64,000 nt of DNA from Eledone cirrhosa (taxonomy: Eukaryota): assembly GCA_964016885.1 (NCBI GenBank), contig OZ024740.1, positions 132,432,001 through 132,496,000 on the forward strand, read 5' to 3'. Both the position numbers and the translations under genes were made by a program. Positions 1 to 12,735 of the stretch are shown in pieces. The notes beneath the pieces are model-generated. The model worked only from the letters and a program-made list of their open reading frames with translations. It was not told the origin of the DNA and ran no database searches. The first letter of the stretch is position 1; each line of letters begins with the position of its first letter.

Positions 1-653
1 GTTCTCCAATAAGCTCAATAGGATTGAGAGAACAGCATGGAACTGTTTCAAGGCAGTTGTTAAGGGCTACCTGGGCAACTACAGAGCTGAACACTGCCAG
101 CAACTGGTGCAGGATCTGATAAAGGCTTTTGGAACCATGGGATCCAGGATGTCGCTTAAACTCCATATGCTGGATGCTCACCTGGAAAAGTTCAAGGACA
201 ATATGGGCGCCTACTCAGAAGAACAAGGCGAACGATTCCACCGAGATGTGAAAGAGATAGAGTGGAGGTACCAGGGCCACTATAATGAAAAAATGATGGG
301 AGAATATATCTGGGGGCTAGTGCGGGAATGCGACCTGGACTACAATCGCATATCCAGGAAATCCAGTCATTTCTGACGTGTATGAGTTGCTTTATAAGTG
401 TTATTTGTTTTTACTTGTTTGCTTTTGATAAGCTTGTGTAATAAAATAAATATATACTCTGTTCATTTAATTATATGAACTGATAAATTTAAAAAAAAGT
501 GTTTTCTTCTTTAAAAATATGAAAATTTTGAAATATCAAACTCTTGACCACAAACCTAAACTTCTGATTAATAGTGTTTTTTTATAATAATGGGATATAA
601 CAAACCAGGAAATGACACTTAGAACCGGGTAACAAAACATATGTTACACGGTG
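1..653 (+). mobile_element. 3' end of a Chapaev3-like (CMC superfamily) DNA transposon
   Basis: Transposase C-terminus followed by the terminus ...ATGTTACACGGTG (reverse complement CACCGTGTAACA, a CAC-start TIR) and then TTA at 654-656, fitting the TWA 3-bp TSD of Chapaev3. Family assigned from recalled motifs. Confidence 0.65.
2..376 (+). CDS. C-terminal part of a transposase (5' end outside the window)
   Basis: Frame is open from base 2: ERTAWNCFKAVVKGYLGN...MSLKLHMLDAHL...GAYSEEQGERFHRD...RYQG, matching the H-x4-H and S(D/E)ExGERFH motifs of Chapaev3-type transposases. Confidence 0.75.
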   Translation, partial: FSNKLNRIERTAWNCFKAVVKGYLGNYRAEHCQQLVQDLIKAFGTMGSRMSLKLHMLDAHLEKFKDNMGAYSEEQGERFHRDVKEIEWRYQGHYNEKMMGEYIWGLVRECDLDYNRISRKSSHF

Positions 654-1299
654 TTATTTATTGCTTCCAGATATTGGTGCAGTTCACTTGTTTCATCCTA
701 CAGGACAGCTGCAATTGAGCTAGAGCCCTGAATCCCTCATAACTGCGCAGGTAGTGTCTATTGCCTCTCGATTTAGGGTGATTCATACCGTAACATACGA
801 GGGGTTTATATGCCATAGTAATAATTATTTTGATATTGTCTCCTCTCCAGTTAATGATGTAAAGTAATCCTGAACAAGAGGCAATTCAAAGAAATGTATT
901 GCAGATATTCGATTCTTTGAAATGATCCCGTGTACTTAAAATAAGTCGCAATCCTCTTTTTCATTATTTTCTAACTCTTTCTTTTATTTGGATTTCAGTT
1001 ACCCCCTACCTCCTGTGAGGCTAACATAGTTGCGTTTGTTCAGATTCTCCTATATTTGCTTTTATGTTCAGGTTTATGTTAGAACCTGCAGTTAATTAGC
1101 CTTTCTTCAGATCAATTTCACATACTTTACCAAGGCCGATATCCATGCATATATAATCGTTAAAATGTTTTACTGTCTTCAGCAGATTTTCAAATCTGTT
1201 ATTATATTTAGCAAATAGCTTGAAACTATCCATTTAGAAAAAAAATATCTGAAAAGGCTTTCTTTAATTTTGAAGTCTTAATAATGTACCCGTCCGATA

Positions 1300-1900
1300 T
1301 GGGCAGAAGGATAGTAAAAATCTGCATTCCTGTGATTCCGCCAGGACCGAATCTATGGTGAGTATTTGGTTGCATCGTCGATGAGAGTATAAAAAAAGTC
1401 TAGAGAGGACTGGTCCAGGATGGATCTGGAGCAGAAGCTCTGAGGCAATCTCTTGGTTCCAAGAACTGCTTGATACATTTAATACCCGTTTTCTGCAACT
1501 GGATATAGAAGATTGCTACGCTTCCATCTCAGAGCCTCTACTGAAGGATGCATTTGCTTTTGCCAGGAAATTTAACACCATGACTGACGCTGAGAAGGAC
1601 TTGATCCGCCACGCCTGTAAGTCCTCATTATACCACAAAGGTTCTTCCGGAATTAATAAGAAGTCTGAGACTCCATTTGCCGTCGGTAAGGGAGCAAGTG
1701 ACTCAACAGAAGCCTCTTTCTTCAATTCCACCTGAAGAATTATTTCACAGGCCTGACTGGAAGATTATACCGCGGCGATTGTTTTCTTCCTTTGCATAAG
1801 GTAAATCCCTGATGGATTTCGGAGAAACTGATGGTCCTTCTTCCACAATCTAGGTTTTAGAATAAACAGTGACACAAATATGACAAGGGCCAATTTTGAG
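1300..1900 (+). pseudogene. Degraded Penelope-like RT fragment, Naiad-type
   Basis: Translation gives EAISWFQ...RFLQLDIEDCYASISEPLLKDAFAFA (cf. FIQFDIxxFYPSISxxLL), FAVGKGASDSTE (cf. FDVTMGSYDGAE) and RLYRGDC (cf. LYRDD), with stops and frameshifts. Boundaries approximate. Confidence 0.65.
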
Positions 1901-2184
1901 ATATCAGTTTAGACGAACCGCTATTGAACACAAAAAGATGAAATTCCATCTCTCATTATTCTCTATTTTTTAAAAAATCGCATATTGAAAAAAGAGAAAA
2001 ATTTTCCAAATAGAAGTGGATGACACCGACACTTTCAAATATTCCATTATTGAAGAGAAGAACAACTCCCGGGGGTTCACTTCAATTCTATATATATATA
2101 TATATATATATACATTATGAAGAGAGAAGAAACATTTAGATATAATTAGTAATAAAATGTATCATACCTAAACTGTTCCTAAAT

Positions 2185-2272
2185 TCCTCGACTACGTAGT
2201 TTCGTGGCATAAACAAAAACAATATATCAAAGATATAGAGTCTTTGCGAGGTCTGCCAACTTATCAAGAGGA
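2185..2272 (-). ncRNA. Type I hammerhead ribozyme, copy 1 (U3-A8 core variant)
   Basis: Minus strand: TCCTC-TTGATAA-G(T)TGGCA..long loop..TGCCAC-GAAA-CTACGTAG-TC-GAGGA. Helix I 5 bp, helix II about 6 bp, palindromic helix III, GUC cleavage triplet. Confidence 0.82.
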
Positions 2273-2775
2273 TACCTCATTTTACTAGTCTCAAGAACGC
2301 GTCTACACGATGTGAGAAAGAATCCCAAAAGGCGGAGGGGGAGACAGTCACGCGATATAACGGTCGAGAAACAGAGCTAAGCCTCTTATAACCACGAAGA
2401 AAATACCACGGAGGCGGAGGGGGTATTCATATCGAGGCCGTAGAAGAGGTAGTGAAGAAGGCGAGAAGTATGAGTAATGGAAGCTTTCCAGTTGTCCCCA
2501 CACTTCAAAGATTGCTCGACCAGAGGGAGTTATTAATATATTTAGAAACACACAGATACATGCGGACACACACATATATACATGAATGCATCCGCACCCA
2601 ACTGTGAGTTAAGGGTGCCAACTTCACCGATGTTGCTCAATGAATGACTGGGACAGACCAATTCAGTTTGAACCAGACTGAACCAGTATCAGAGTTAAAA
2701 ATACATTATGAAGAGAGAAGAAACATTTAGATATAATTAGTAATAAAATGTATCATACCTAAACTGTTCCTAAAT

Positions 2776-2863
2776 TCCTCGACTACGTAGTTTCGTGGCA
2801 TAAACAAAAACAATATATCAAAGATATAGAGTCCTTGCGAGGTCTGCCAACTTATCAAGAGGA
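2776..2863 (-). ncRNA. Type I hammerhead ribozyme, copy 2
   Basis: Same motif one repeat period (591 bp) downstream. Confidence 0.82.
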
Positions 2864-3366
2864 TACCTCATTTTACTAGTCTCAAGAACGCGTCTACACG
2901 ATGTGAGAAAGAATCCCAAAAGGCGGAGGGGGAGACAGTCACGCGATATAACGGTCGAGAAACAGAGCTAAGCCTCTTATAACCACGAAGAAAATACCAC
3001 GGAGGCGGAGGGGGTATTCATATCGAGGCCGTAGAAGAGGTAGTGAAGAAGGCGAGAAGTATGAGTAATGGAAGCTTTCCAGTTGTCCCCACACTTCAAA
3101 GATTGCTCGACCAGAGGGAGTTATTAATATATTTAGAAACACACAGATACATGCGGACACACACATATATACATGAATGCATCCGCACCCAACTGTGAGT
3201 TAAGGGTGCCAACTTCACCGATGTTGCTCAATGAATGACTGGGACAGACCAATTCAGTTTGAACCAGACTGAACCAGTATCAGAGTTAAAAATACATTAT
3301 GAAGAGAGAAGAAACATTTAGATATAATTAGTAATAAAATGTATCATACCTAAACTGTTCCTAAAT

Positions 3367-3454
3367 TCCTCGACTACGTAGTTTCGTGGCATAAACAAAA
3401 ACAATATATCAAAGATATAGAGTCCTTGCGAGGTCTGCCAACTTATCAAGAGGA
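3367..3454 (-). ncRNA. Type I hammerhead ribozyme, copy 3
   Basis: Same motif two periods downstream. Confidence 0.82.
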
Positions 3455-3957
3455 TACCTCATTTTACTAGTCTCAAGAACGCGTCTACACGATGTGAGAA
3501 AGAATCCCAAAAGGCGGAGGGGGAGACAGTCACGCGATATAACGGTCGAGAAACAGAGCTAAGCCTCTTATAACCACGAAGAAAATACCACGGAGGCGGA
3601 GGGGGTATTCATATCGAGGCCGTAGAAGAGGTAGTGAAGAAGGCGAGAAGTATGAGTAATGGAAGCTTTCCAGTTGTCCCCACACTTCAAAGATTGCTCG
3701 ACCAGAGGGAGTTATTAATATATTTAGAAACACACAGATACATGCGGACACACACATATATACATGAATGCATCCGCACCCAACTGTGAGTTAAGGGTGC
3801 CAACTTCACCGATGTTGCTCAATGAATGACTGGGACAGACCAATTCAGTTTGAACCAGACTGAACCAGTATCAGAGTTAAAAATACATTATGAAGAGAGA
3901 AGAAACATTTAGATATAATTAGTAATAAAATGTATCATACCTAAACTGTTCCTAAAT

Positions 3958-4045
3958 TCCTCGACTACGTAGTTTCGTGGCATAAACAAAAACAATATAT
4001 CAAAGATATAGAGTCCTTGCGAGGTCTGCCAACTTATCAAGAGGA
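3958..4045 (-). ncRNA. Type I hammerhead ribozyme, copy 4
   Basis: Same motif three periods downstream. Confidence 0.82.
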
Positions 4046-5461
4046 TACCTCATTTTACTAGTCTCAAGAACGCGTCTACACGATGTGAGAAAGAATCCCA
4101 AAAGGCGGAGGGGGAGACAGTCACGCGATATAACGGTCGAGAAACAGAGCTAAGCCTCTTATAACCACGAAGAAAATACCACGGAGGCGGAGGGGGTATT
4201 CATATCGAGGCCGTAGAAGAGGTAGTGAAGAAGGCGAGAAGTATGAGTAATGGAAGCTTTCCAGTTGTCCCCACACTTCAAAGATTGCTCGACCAGAGGG
4301 AAATGTATTTTTAACTCTGATACTGGTTCAGTCTGGTTCAAACTGAATTGGTCTGTCCCAGTCATTCATTGAGCAACATCGGTGAAGTTGGCACCCTTAA
4401 CTCACAGTTGGGTGCGGATGCATTCATGTATATATGTGTGTGTCCGCATGTATCTGTGTGTTTCTAAATATATATATATATATATATATATAAGAGTTTT
4501 TAAGGGAAATTGTATTGTCATTTGAGTCCATGACTTGGCTGCATAAAGCTCAAGCAACACTCTGACGTTTCATTCTGTATTCTCATCAACATCATTCTGC
4601 TTGGATACCTAGAGTCAACTGTCTTAGATGATGTAATCACCGCTTTCACTGACTACTATTTTTTTATTGGTTGAAATTGAAATCTGTTGCGGTGGGAGAA
4701 CTTTATTTATAAATGAAAGAGCATACACGCAATGTTTCACCATACTGACCAACAATAATACAATATTCATCTATTATATGCAAGTATATGACATTTAGAA
4801 TGCGAAAACATCGTCTAAAGTTGCATTGTTCTACTGTACTATACAACTTCCAGCTTAGCAAATATTGCTCGAACGTATTTAACAATAAACGAATAATGTT
4901 GTGAGAAAGATTCAATATGATATTTAAAAAAATCTTCGTTTTAAACATATGTGGAATGAACAAAGTAAACTCAATGTTATAGGGTTTATTGGGATTAAAT
5001 ACAACTTATATAGATTGTGTGTGCCGAATCAACTGTCAAAACAATTTCAATATAAAAATGTAATTGAATGAATATACATATTGACCAAACTAAAAGGAAA
5101 AGCAAAGTTTTCTGTTGCCGCTATTGACAACAGCAGGAATCCATTCCATGCCAACATTGTGTACAGTGATCATAAGCAAATCAAGTAAATACTTTTTAAA
5201 AATGATATCAATACATCTCATGCTTCACTCATGTTTGCAAAACAAATAGAAAAATAATTTACATAACTGGACATCGAATTTCAGTTGTTCACGTCTGTAA
5301 GTGGTCAAACGTTTAGATTATTAAAATATTATGTACATTTACGTGCAACGTATCCTCAACAATTGGTTTAATATGATGGAAAACTTTCAATCTGTATTAA
5401 CTATACAGGCATACACACATACAATCATACACACACACACGGTTGCGCATGCACGTGCAAA

Positions 5462-5495
5462 CACACGCACACACACATTGACACACACGCACACG

Positions 5496-5586
<91 letters not shown>
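5462..5586. repeat. Compound (CA)n(TA)n microsatellite
   Basis: Directly visible; source of the spurious YI/VC ORFs. Confidence 0.95.
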
Positions 5587-5589
<3 letters not shown>

Positions 5590-8559
5590 GAAATGTTATA
5601 ATGTAATTTGTTTTTATAAATGAAATCAAATGCACTCAAACCGCAGAAAGAGGTTGTTGTGTATTAAAATGCATAAGTTCTCAAACACCTACCTCATAAC
5701 ACTCGCCGCACTAATTGATTATTTCATTATTACATTTAGAAAAAAATAACTTACCATATTCCCAACCCTGCACATTGAGAAGGGTTAAACCTAATCATTT
5801 AGATGAATCGTACAATGTGCGTGCGAATCTACCACAACCTACCCTGACCTCGAATACCACCTCGTTTTTTACGGACACACAGTAACTGCAGGCAACCTAA
5901 TAAGTATCCTCTATATGAAAAATGCATGTATAATAACATCGTTTACCAATGTTTGATCTCAAAACCAAATTGTTGTTATGTAAACATGTGTGTATCACAT
6001 CCTCATTCAAAAATCCCGACCTTCGTAAATCAAGTGCCCCAGCCCAAAACAATCAGGGATTTAAAACGGGATGATATGGATTATGCACTTTCCTGGACAG
6101 TGATACGATTGGGCCTGCCATACCAAAATGAATGACGCTCCTGTTCTTTGTATGATGAAAGTGTTGGACATTATAACTAGATCGGATCTGTTGAACTCTC
6201 AACACGATAGAATCTTGAACTGTCAATATAAAGCAAAGATGACAATGCATCTTATTAAAATGATACAGCATCTAATTCTACATAACTCGCATGAAACACA
6301 ATAACAACTACAAGCTGCCTACACACTACTTGCCCATTATTATTAAACACCTTACACTGCATATAAGAATCCGAAGCATCGCCCAAGTAAAGAACTCATA
6401 TCATATTGCACTCGTTTTTCTGTGTAAATATCACTAGAAAAAACAAATTAATAGCCACAACAAAGCACTTTTCTTCTAGAATGCAAACACGACACGACAT
6501 CCACAACTGACAATACGTCCTACATCATTGATGCTTCAGCAGGTGTTGTAGTAGAGTCTCGCATCATAATTTTGAAAGAATCATGTTGATTAGGATACTT
6601 AAAATAATGTTTGATGAATGGAGAAAGAGAACTCACAGTAAAAGCAGATATAAGTGGTGTAAGATAAACAGCTATCAGAAACTTACTGAGTAAATACGAA
6701 CCATACAAACACGTAATAATTCATGAACTGGACAGTGTATAACACGGACAATTGAACGAAACATTAGACTGATAATTAGGACTGGTAAATGCAAACATAA
6801 AATATATTGTCATCAATACTCTTGCTGCACTAATACTAAGTTGCAATTAAACTGTCAATTTAACACTAAGTGAATTAACAAGACTTGAGAAGAAAACAAT
6901 AATAATCATAATTATAGTTATAGTTATCATATGCCTCAGAAGGATTATTAATTCTAAGATAAATTCATAGAGCTTGAGGTTTTCGTAAACTATACAACTA
7001 CATAGGGCTAAACAAATAAATAACTACTAATGAAACTAAGAATATTAAACAGAAGCTCAGCTGACAGAAATGTCTGAATGTAAATTAGAAATAATAGTTA
7101 TTGTCAATGTAATTTATGACTGAAACATCAGGATGTCATGAAATCCGGCCGACCAGTCCTTTACAAAGTAGAAATTAATAATTGAAGCAATGTCAGCGCA
7201 TCCTACACAACGCAGAATCAAACCCTGATAGTTTACCGGTAGTTTACTCATTACCTCAATGTCGCATTCTATAGGCATGTTAGAATCTGAGCATTCATAT
7301 ATTGGTAATTATGCAGAAATTACAAAATGTTGACAGAAAAAGTGACAATATTAAAATAGGTCTCAGTCATTGACAAAGCTCCTAATCTGTGATATTCACG
7401 CGCTCGATAGATTCAGAATAAATTTTCTGTGGTAGTGCAAAATGTGTAATGCGTGATTTCCATCTTGAATTCGTAATGTTCTCCATATGGTCCTGGATTC
7501 ATTGTTTCACTGTTTTATATCTGTAGCACATAATTCCTATGTGTAGGTGTTTTCTATTGTTTTTTTTTGATTTTGTTTTTTTTTTTTGTAATAAAGCCTC
7601 GATTAGTATTTTGCAGTTTTAAATTCGTAACCAACATTCTGCTCATGTCAGTTTGAAGATCCTTCTATGTTGATATATATCTGACTTATCAACTTATACT
7701 TCTTGCTGCTGTGCAGATTTTACATATATTCTACTCCTCCGCATGAACATCCTTATCATACTCATACCTATCATCATAATCAGCAGTAACATTATAAAAA
7801 TCAAATTTATATAACTTTACTAATCATCAACATAAGTTGATAAATACATTTTACGAGATTTCTGTGAAATAAACTGATATATATTAGACAGCTGAAGTTT
7901 GACCTAATATAACACGATTCACAAATTCAATAATAATTTACAATCCAAATTCATGAACAGACACGCGCGCACATGTATTTTTCTATGTATACGGATATCT
8001 GCGTTTTTCGAGTGAGTCTATGAATATGTTTCATATGTATTGCAGTTATATTTTAATTTGTTTAGATAAGGTTTAAACTGATTTGGAATGTTTATTTGCC
8101 TTCCTAGAGACATGGCAATACATTGAAATATGTGTGAAGATACATATATGGAATATCTATTTTCAAAAACGTTGTATAGCACAGCATCCAATATTCTAGT
8201 AATATTTAGTAACACTCGCGTGTCCGTATGTTGTCTTTCTTTCAATTTCAAACATTTCGTAATCATATTAGTGTATTAAGATAATATTTTACTATTGTAG
8301 CACAATATCATAGTAATCCAGAATCGTGATGTTCCAGTAAAATATATTACTCTCTAAAACCGCCTCAATCAATTGAAGGAAATATATACAACTCATTTAT
8401 TGCATATAGCATCTATTAACCCATTTAAATTCATTGATTTGCGTTTACTTTGTTAATTCATTAATATTTCATACTTTCTCTATATACAGTACCTCGAATA
8501 CCGAAAAGATAAATTTGCTTGAGAATCAGACAAAAGATGGTGTTCGACATGCACTTGAT

Positions 8560-9240
8560 AAGTTTGATGCCAAGTGCTGATAAAACTGAGAAAGTTGTCA
8601 TCCCAATGAAGCCTGTGCTGTGCACTTTATATGTGGATGAATTTCCACTGAAGCAGGTAGATAAATTCAAGTATCTCGGGGCCGTGTTCGTATGTAATGG
8701 AAGGCAGCAAACTTAATTAAGTGCAATAATTGCAAAAGCTATTGGTGTAATGCACCAGCTTCAGCATTCAGTAACCAGATGAAGGAGGGAGGGCATAAAG
8801 GCCAAACTCGATATCTTCAATTCGGTGTTTTTATCAACCCTTATGTAGCTTGTATCTTGTGTAACGTCCAAAAGAATACGATCGAAATAAGATTCCTCCG
8901 ACGGGTCTTTGGAGTAACGTTACTCGATAAAGTGCGTAACTCGGATGACAGAGTCACTCGTGATAGAGCCGCTAAATCTCCGAACTGAGAGATCGCAGCT
9001 CCGATATGAGTTTAGAATATCTCAAGAAAGGGTCGCTGGACAGACTTTACGTGCAAAACCAACTGACAAGACAGCCAGAGGTAAACTACGAACTATATAG
9101 TTGGATAACATCCAATGGCTTGACTGATTACGCTTGGGGATCCAGCTGGATCAGTTGAAGACGCTTCCTTCCGACAGGACCCGCAGGAAGGAGTGTCTGA
9201 TGACTCTTCCCCCATGACCCTCTCACGATTAAGTGGGCGA
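8560..9240 (+). pseudogene. Degraded 3' fragment of an RTE-type LINE
   Basis: LKQVDKFKYLG (RT C-terminal motif), EIRFLRRVFGVTLLDKVRNS and a KPTDKTARGK-like tail, with many frameshifts. Confidence 0.65.
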
Positions 9241-11049
9241 AGATGAAGAATCAGAATTTCTAAATTCAAAAGATTATTCGAATTAAGCCCCAAATCATGT
9301 TTTAATAAAAACTCTGGGCCAAGCAGATAACAAACGGAAGAGATGGATATCAATATTTCTTTTATATTCTTAGTAATGATTTTTAAAACAGGAAACATCT
9401 TTGTTTTGCGTTGATGTTTAATAACTGATTACGCTGGCACAAGTATTTGTATACGTAATTCATTTAATTTATAATTGTGAAAGCACAGCCATCACAACTA
9501 TCAATCACAATTGTGTTCTCTTTTCTTCCAATTCTGCCAGTCCACTGATGTTTAATTGCATTTCTAATAATACAAGAAAGAATGTGTAAAATGTGAAACA
9601 TCTAATTTATATAGCATGGCTTTTTCTAAGTGTATATATTTTCCCTTAACTTAATTTTCCCATCATCTGAATATGAGAGATTCCTTTTTATCACCGTAAA
9701 ATAACATGCTGATCAAAGAGATGTAGAGATATTGCGTAATTTACGAGTGTTTATACATACAAGTTTAAAACATTCGCATACTGAAATAAAATCGTGACAT
9801 ACACATATATCGATATATTAATGAATAAAAGTATAAATACATACATTTCTGGATCCACACCTCAGGCACGGACAGTTTTAACTTTGCAATAAGAGCATTT
9901 ACGTGCAAGTGAAGTTTATAACGTGACAACAAAGGAAAGTTCAGGTTGGAAGCAAAAGAAAGCCAAGTAAATGATGTTAATGATGTTTTGTAAAGGACTA
10001 CAAACGTTGACAAAATTATATTCTTTTGAAAAAGGAAAATATGAAGCAATTATATTATCGTTTCATCATAAAGGGAAGTATTCAAAAAATGAAGTATCAG
10101 GCTTTAGTGTATTGAAAAATAATTTCTTACCTGAAGACAAAATTATTGATCTAAACTGGTTGTCTAATGAAGTCTATTCAATAACAAGAAATATACTTGA
10201 TTCGAAGTTACGTCAGCAATATATATGTATATGTGTGTGAGCGTGTTTGTGAGGGTGTGTGAATGTGTGTGAGTGTGTATATATATATATATATGTGTGT
10301 GAGTGTTTGTGTGTGTAAATCCGACAACAAGCACACATTTCTAAACAGTTGAAAAGTAAGGGTTTAATAGCGATTATAGGGGAAAATATATAAAAGATGA
10401 GGTCTCTAAAAATTAGAGCCGTATCTGTTTTAACTGAGTAACAGCGTAGAGAAATTAAGAAAAATAAGAAGAAAATATATGAGATACTATATAGGAGAGA
10501 ATGTATTGATTGAATAGCTTCGAACATCTACACATATGCGCAGACACACCAATCACACGCGCACCACATGGATACATATTATATCATATTTATTTCCATG
10601 CACAGAACAAGTAAAGTGTTACTTTAGTATTCTAGGCCAGGTTATGCCCAGACTGCGCCGGAAGAGCAATCAGAACGGTGACCTAGTTGTCAACTGCTAG
10701 CATGAGTTTCAATATATCTTTATTATGCATAGTGTGCATAGCGTTCGTTAAAGCAAAGAACACAAAGAGAAATAACTCATGATTCATGAGAAATGGTTAT
10801 CCTTGCGTCTGTTTGTTCGGTAGTATAAATTCGTGGTTTCATGTAGTGTAGTGGTATGTAGGTGTGCAAAATAGGAATATTTCTGAAGAAATTATACTTA
10901 TCAATGGCAAGGGGCGGGAGGATCTGGTCAATTTATTGAGCTTTGCCATTTTTCATTTTTAGTGTTCATATACGTTTTTCTTCATAGAAATAAAACAATT
11001 ATGTAAAGGTAACACCGCCATAAGGTCATCCATCTCTTATATATATATA

Positions 11050-11308
11050 TAGGAAAAATGATGATCCCGACGGCAGAGCCCAAGCCGTTTCAACGGCTAT
11101 TTCTGGACTAAATTAGAATGTTTAGCCTGGTGAATATAATAATATTCACCAGGCTAAAAATTCTAATTTAGTCCAGAAATAGCCGCCAAAACGGCTTGAG
11201 CTTTGCCGTCGGGGTCATACTTTTTCCTATTTCCCACTAAACTACACTAAGTATTGAGTACTTTGGTGCGTTATGGTCCATTTGGTTCCTTACCACAATT
11301 ACTTTGTT
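11050..11308 (+). repeat. Fold-back element in (TA)n (arms about 11050-11137 and 11142-11230); 5'-truncated PLE-type 3' end
   Basis: About 88-bp inverted arms. Same family as 62121-62303. Carries the 3' half of a hammerhead (AAA-CGGC..GCCG-TC-GGGGTCA). Confidence 0.75.
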
Positions 11309-11316
11309 ATATATAT

Positions 11317-11540
11317 TGTTATACTTTGGGAGGGTCATGTTATCAATATGAAACACACGCACCAGAAGTTTCACTCCAATTTATTATAAATTAAATTTAT
11401 AAATTTTATTTAAATAAATTGGACTGAAACAACTGGTGCGTGTGTTTCTTATTGGCAACATGACCCTCCCAAAGTATAACAATAACGGTATCAACACACG
11501 TTTTTAGATAAAGAATATTGCTAAACAAATTCAGAAACGA

Positions 11541-11541
<1 letters not shown>
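11317..11541 (+). repeat. Second fold-back element (arms about 11317-11390 and 11410-11482) ending in (TA)n
   Basis: GTTATACTTTGGGAGGGTCATGTT...AACATGACCCTCCCAAAGTATAAC inverted arms. Confidence 0.75.
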
Positions 11542-11584
<43 letters not shown>

Positions 11585-11719
11585 TTAAGACAGGGGGTAA
11601 GAAAAAAATGGCTTCACTTGTGCTTTCAACAAATTTATTTTCTTCACAAAATCAAAAAATAATTTTTTTCCGGATTAGAAACATTTTTATTTTTTTATTT
11701 TTTTTATTTTTATAAATTG

Positions 11720-12735
11720 AGTCGTTGGTTGTTGGTAATCCAGAAGTCCACAGCTTCAATCACTAGGTCGTGTGGGATGTTAGTGTACAGGCTTATTTGT
11801 ATCCTGGTGTACATTTTGGGGGATATAGTTAAGGAATTCCATATCATCTCTGATGTAGCTTGGAACTTTTTTACATAGAGGTTTGAGTATGATGTCTAAT
11901 AGGTTGCTTAGACGTTGTGTGCTTGAGGCTGGGCCAGCAATAATGGGGCGTAATTTTAAGTCTGTCGGTTTTGGTGCTTCGATGTATGATGTATTTTCCC
12001 TTTTATGTTGTTTTGGATTTCCATGGATTTGTGAATTTTTGGTAATCCATAGAAATTGCTGGTTTTCATTTCGAAGTTGGTTAGGTAATCTACTTCTTTT
12101 GGTGTTAGGTTGTTTTGGTACTTTGTTGTTAGTTTGCCTATTTGGTTCCTCGATTTCCTTTCTTCGTTTTTAGTGATTTTCCTGTAGAAGTTTTCGTCAT
12201 TCAAGTGTGCTAGAACCATATCTTTGTAGTGGTTTATGTCCATGATGACGATTGCTCCACCTTTGTCCGCTTCTGTTATTATTATTGAGGAATCCCTTTG
12301 TAGCTTGTTCAATGCTAGTAGTTGGTCTGTAGAGATGTTGCGTTTGTGTTTCGTCTCGGCCGTATTTATACGTGCTGATCGGCGAAGGCAGGTTATGTAC
12401 TCCTCCAGGTATTTATCTCTATTTAGCGGGGGGGTGAAGTGCTTTTTGATTTTCACCAGTGATTCTTCCTCGTATTGTACACCCTGGAAGAATTCTCCTA
12501 AGCGTAATTTTCGACAGTATTCTTCTGTGTCTTTTATAACATCGGCTGTATCTGCTTTCGGAGTGAGAGTGAACTTCAGTCCATGTTCTAACAGTTGTAT
12601 TTCTGGTTGTGTTAATTTCTTGGCTGATATATTGATTATTTTTGGTTCGATTGGTTCTTTCTCGTCAGGTGCCACTTGAAAGGTGGTGCTTTTTTTATTT
12701 ATTTCATTTGGTGCGAGGCCCCTAGTCCTAAAAAA
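11720..12735 (-). pseudogene. N-terminal part of PLE reverse transcriptase (Neptune-like), frameshifted and truncated just after motif A
   Basis: INIS..LT..E..LL..GLKF..TP, IIITEADKGGAIVIMD, FYGLPKIHKS, then after a frameshift LKLRPIIAGP, YIRDDMEFL, SLYTNIPHDL. The FDV part of motif A is deleted and there is no YxDD or GIY-YIG. Confidence 0.85.

Larger units (their letters stand above)
2111..4470 (-). repeat. Tandem array of a 591-bp non-coding unit (about 3.7 copies) plus an inverted terminal piece (4301-4470), inserted in (TA)n; PLE pLTR/retrozyme-like
   Basis: Identical ORF-track hits at 2348/2939/3530 give a period of 591. Units are almost identical. 4301-4470 is the reverse complement of part of the unit. 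(TA)n lies at 2089-2111 and about 4468-4491. Confidence 0.92.

Noticed and set aside
640-653. CACCGTG terminus resembling a RAG/Transib RSS heptamer
   Set aside because: The protein motifs and the following TTA fit Chapaev3 better; no nonamer and no RAG1-like motifs.
2348-3757. Three identical 75-aa ORFs (MCVSACICV...)
   Set aside because: A by-product of the 591-bp tandem; no recognisable motif, and they start in a TG-rich tract.
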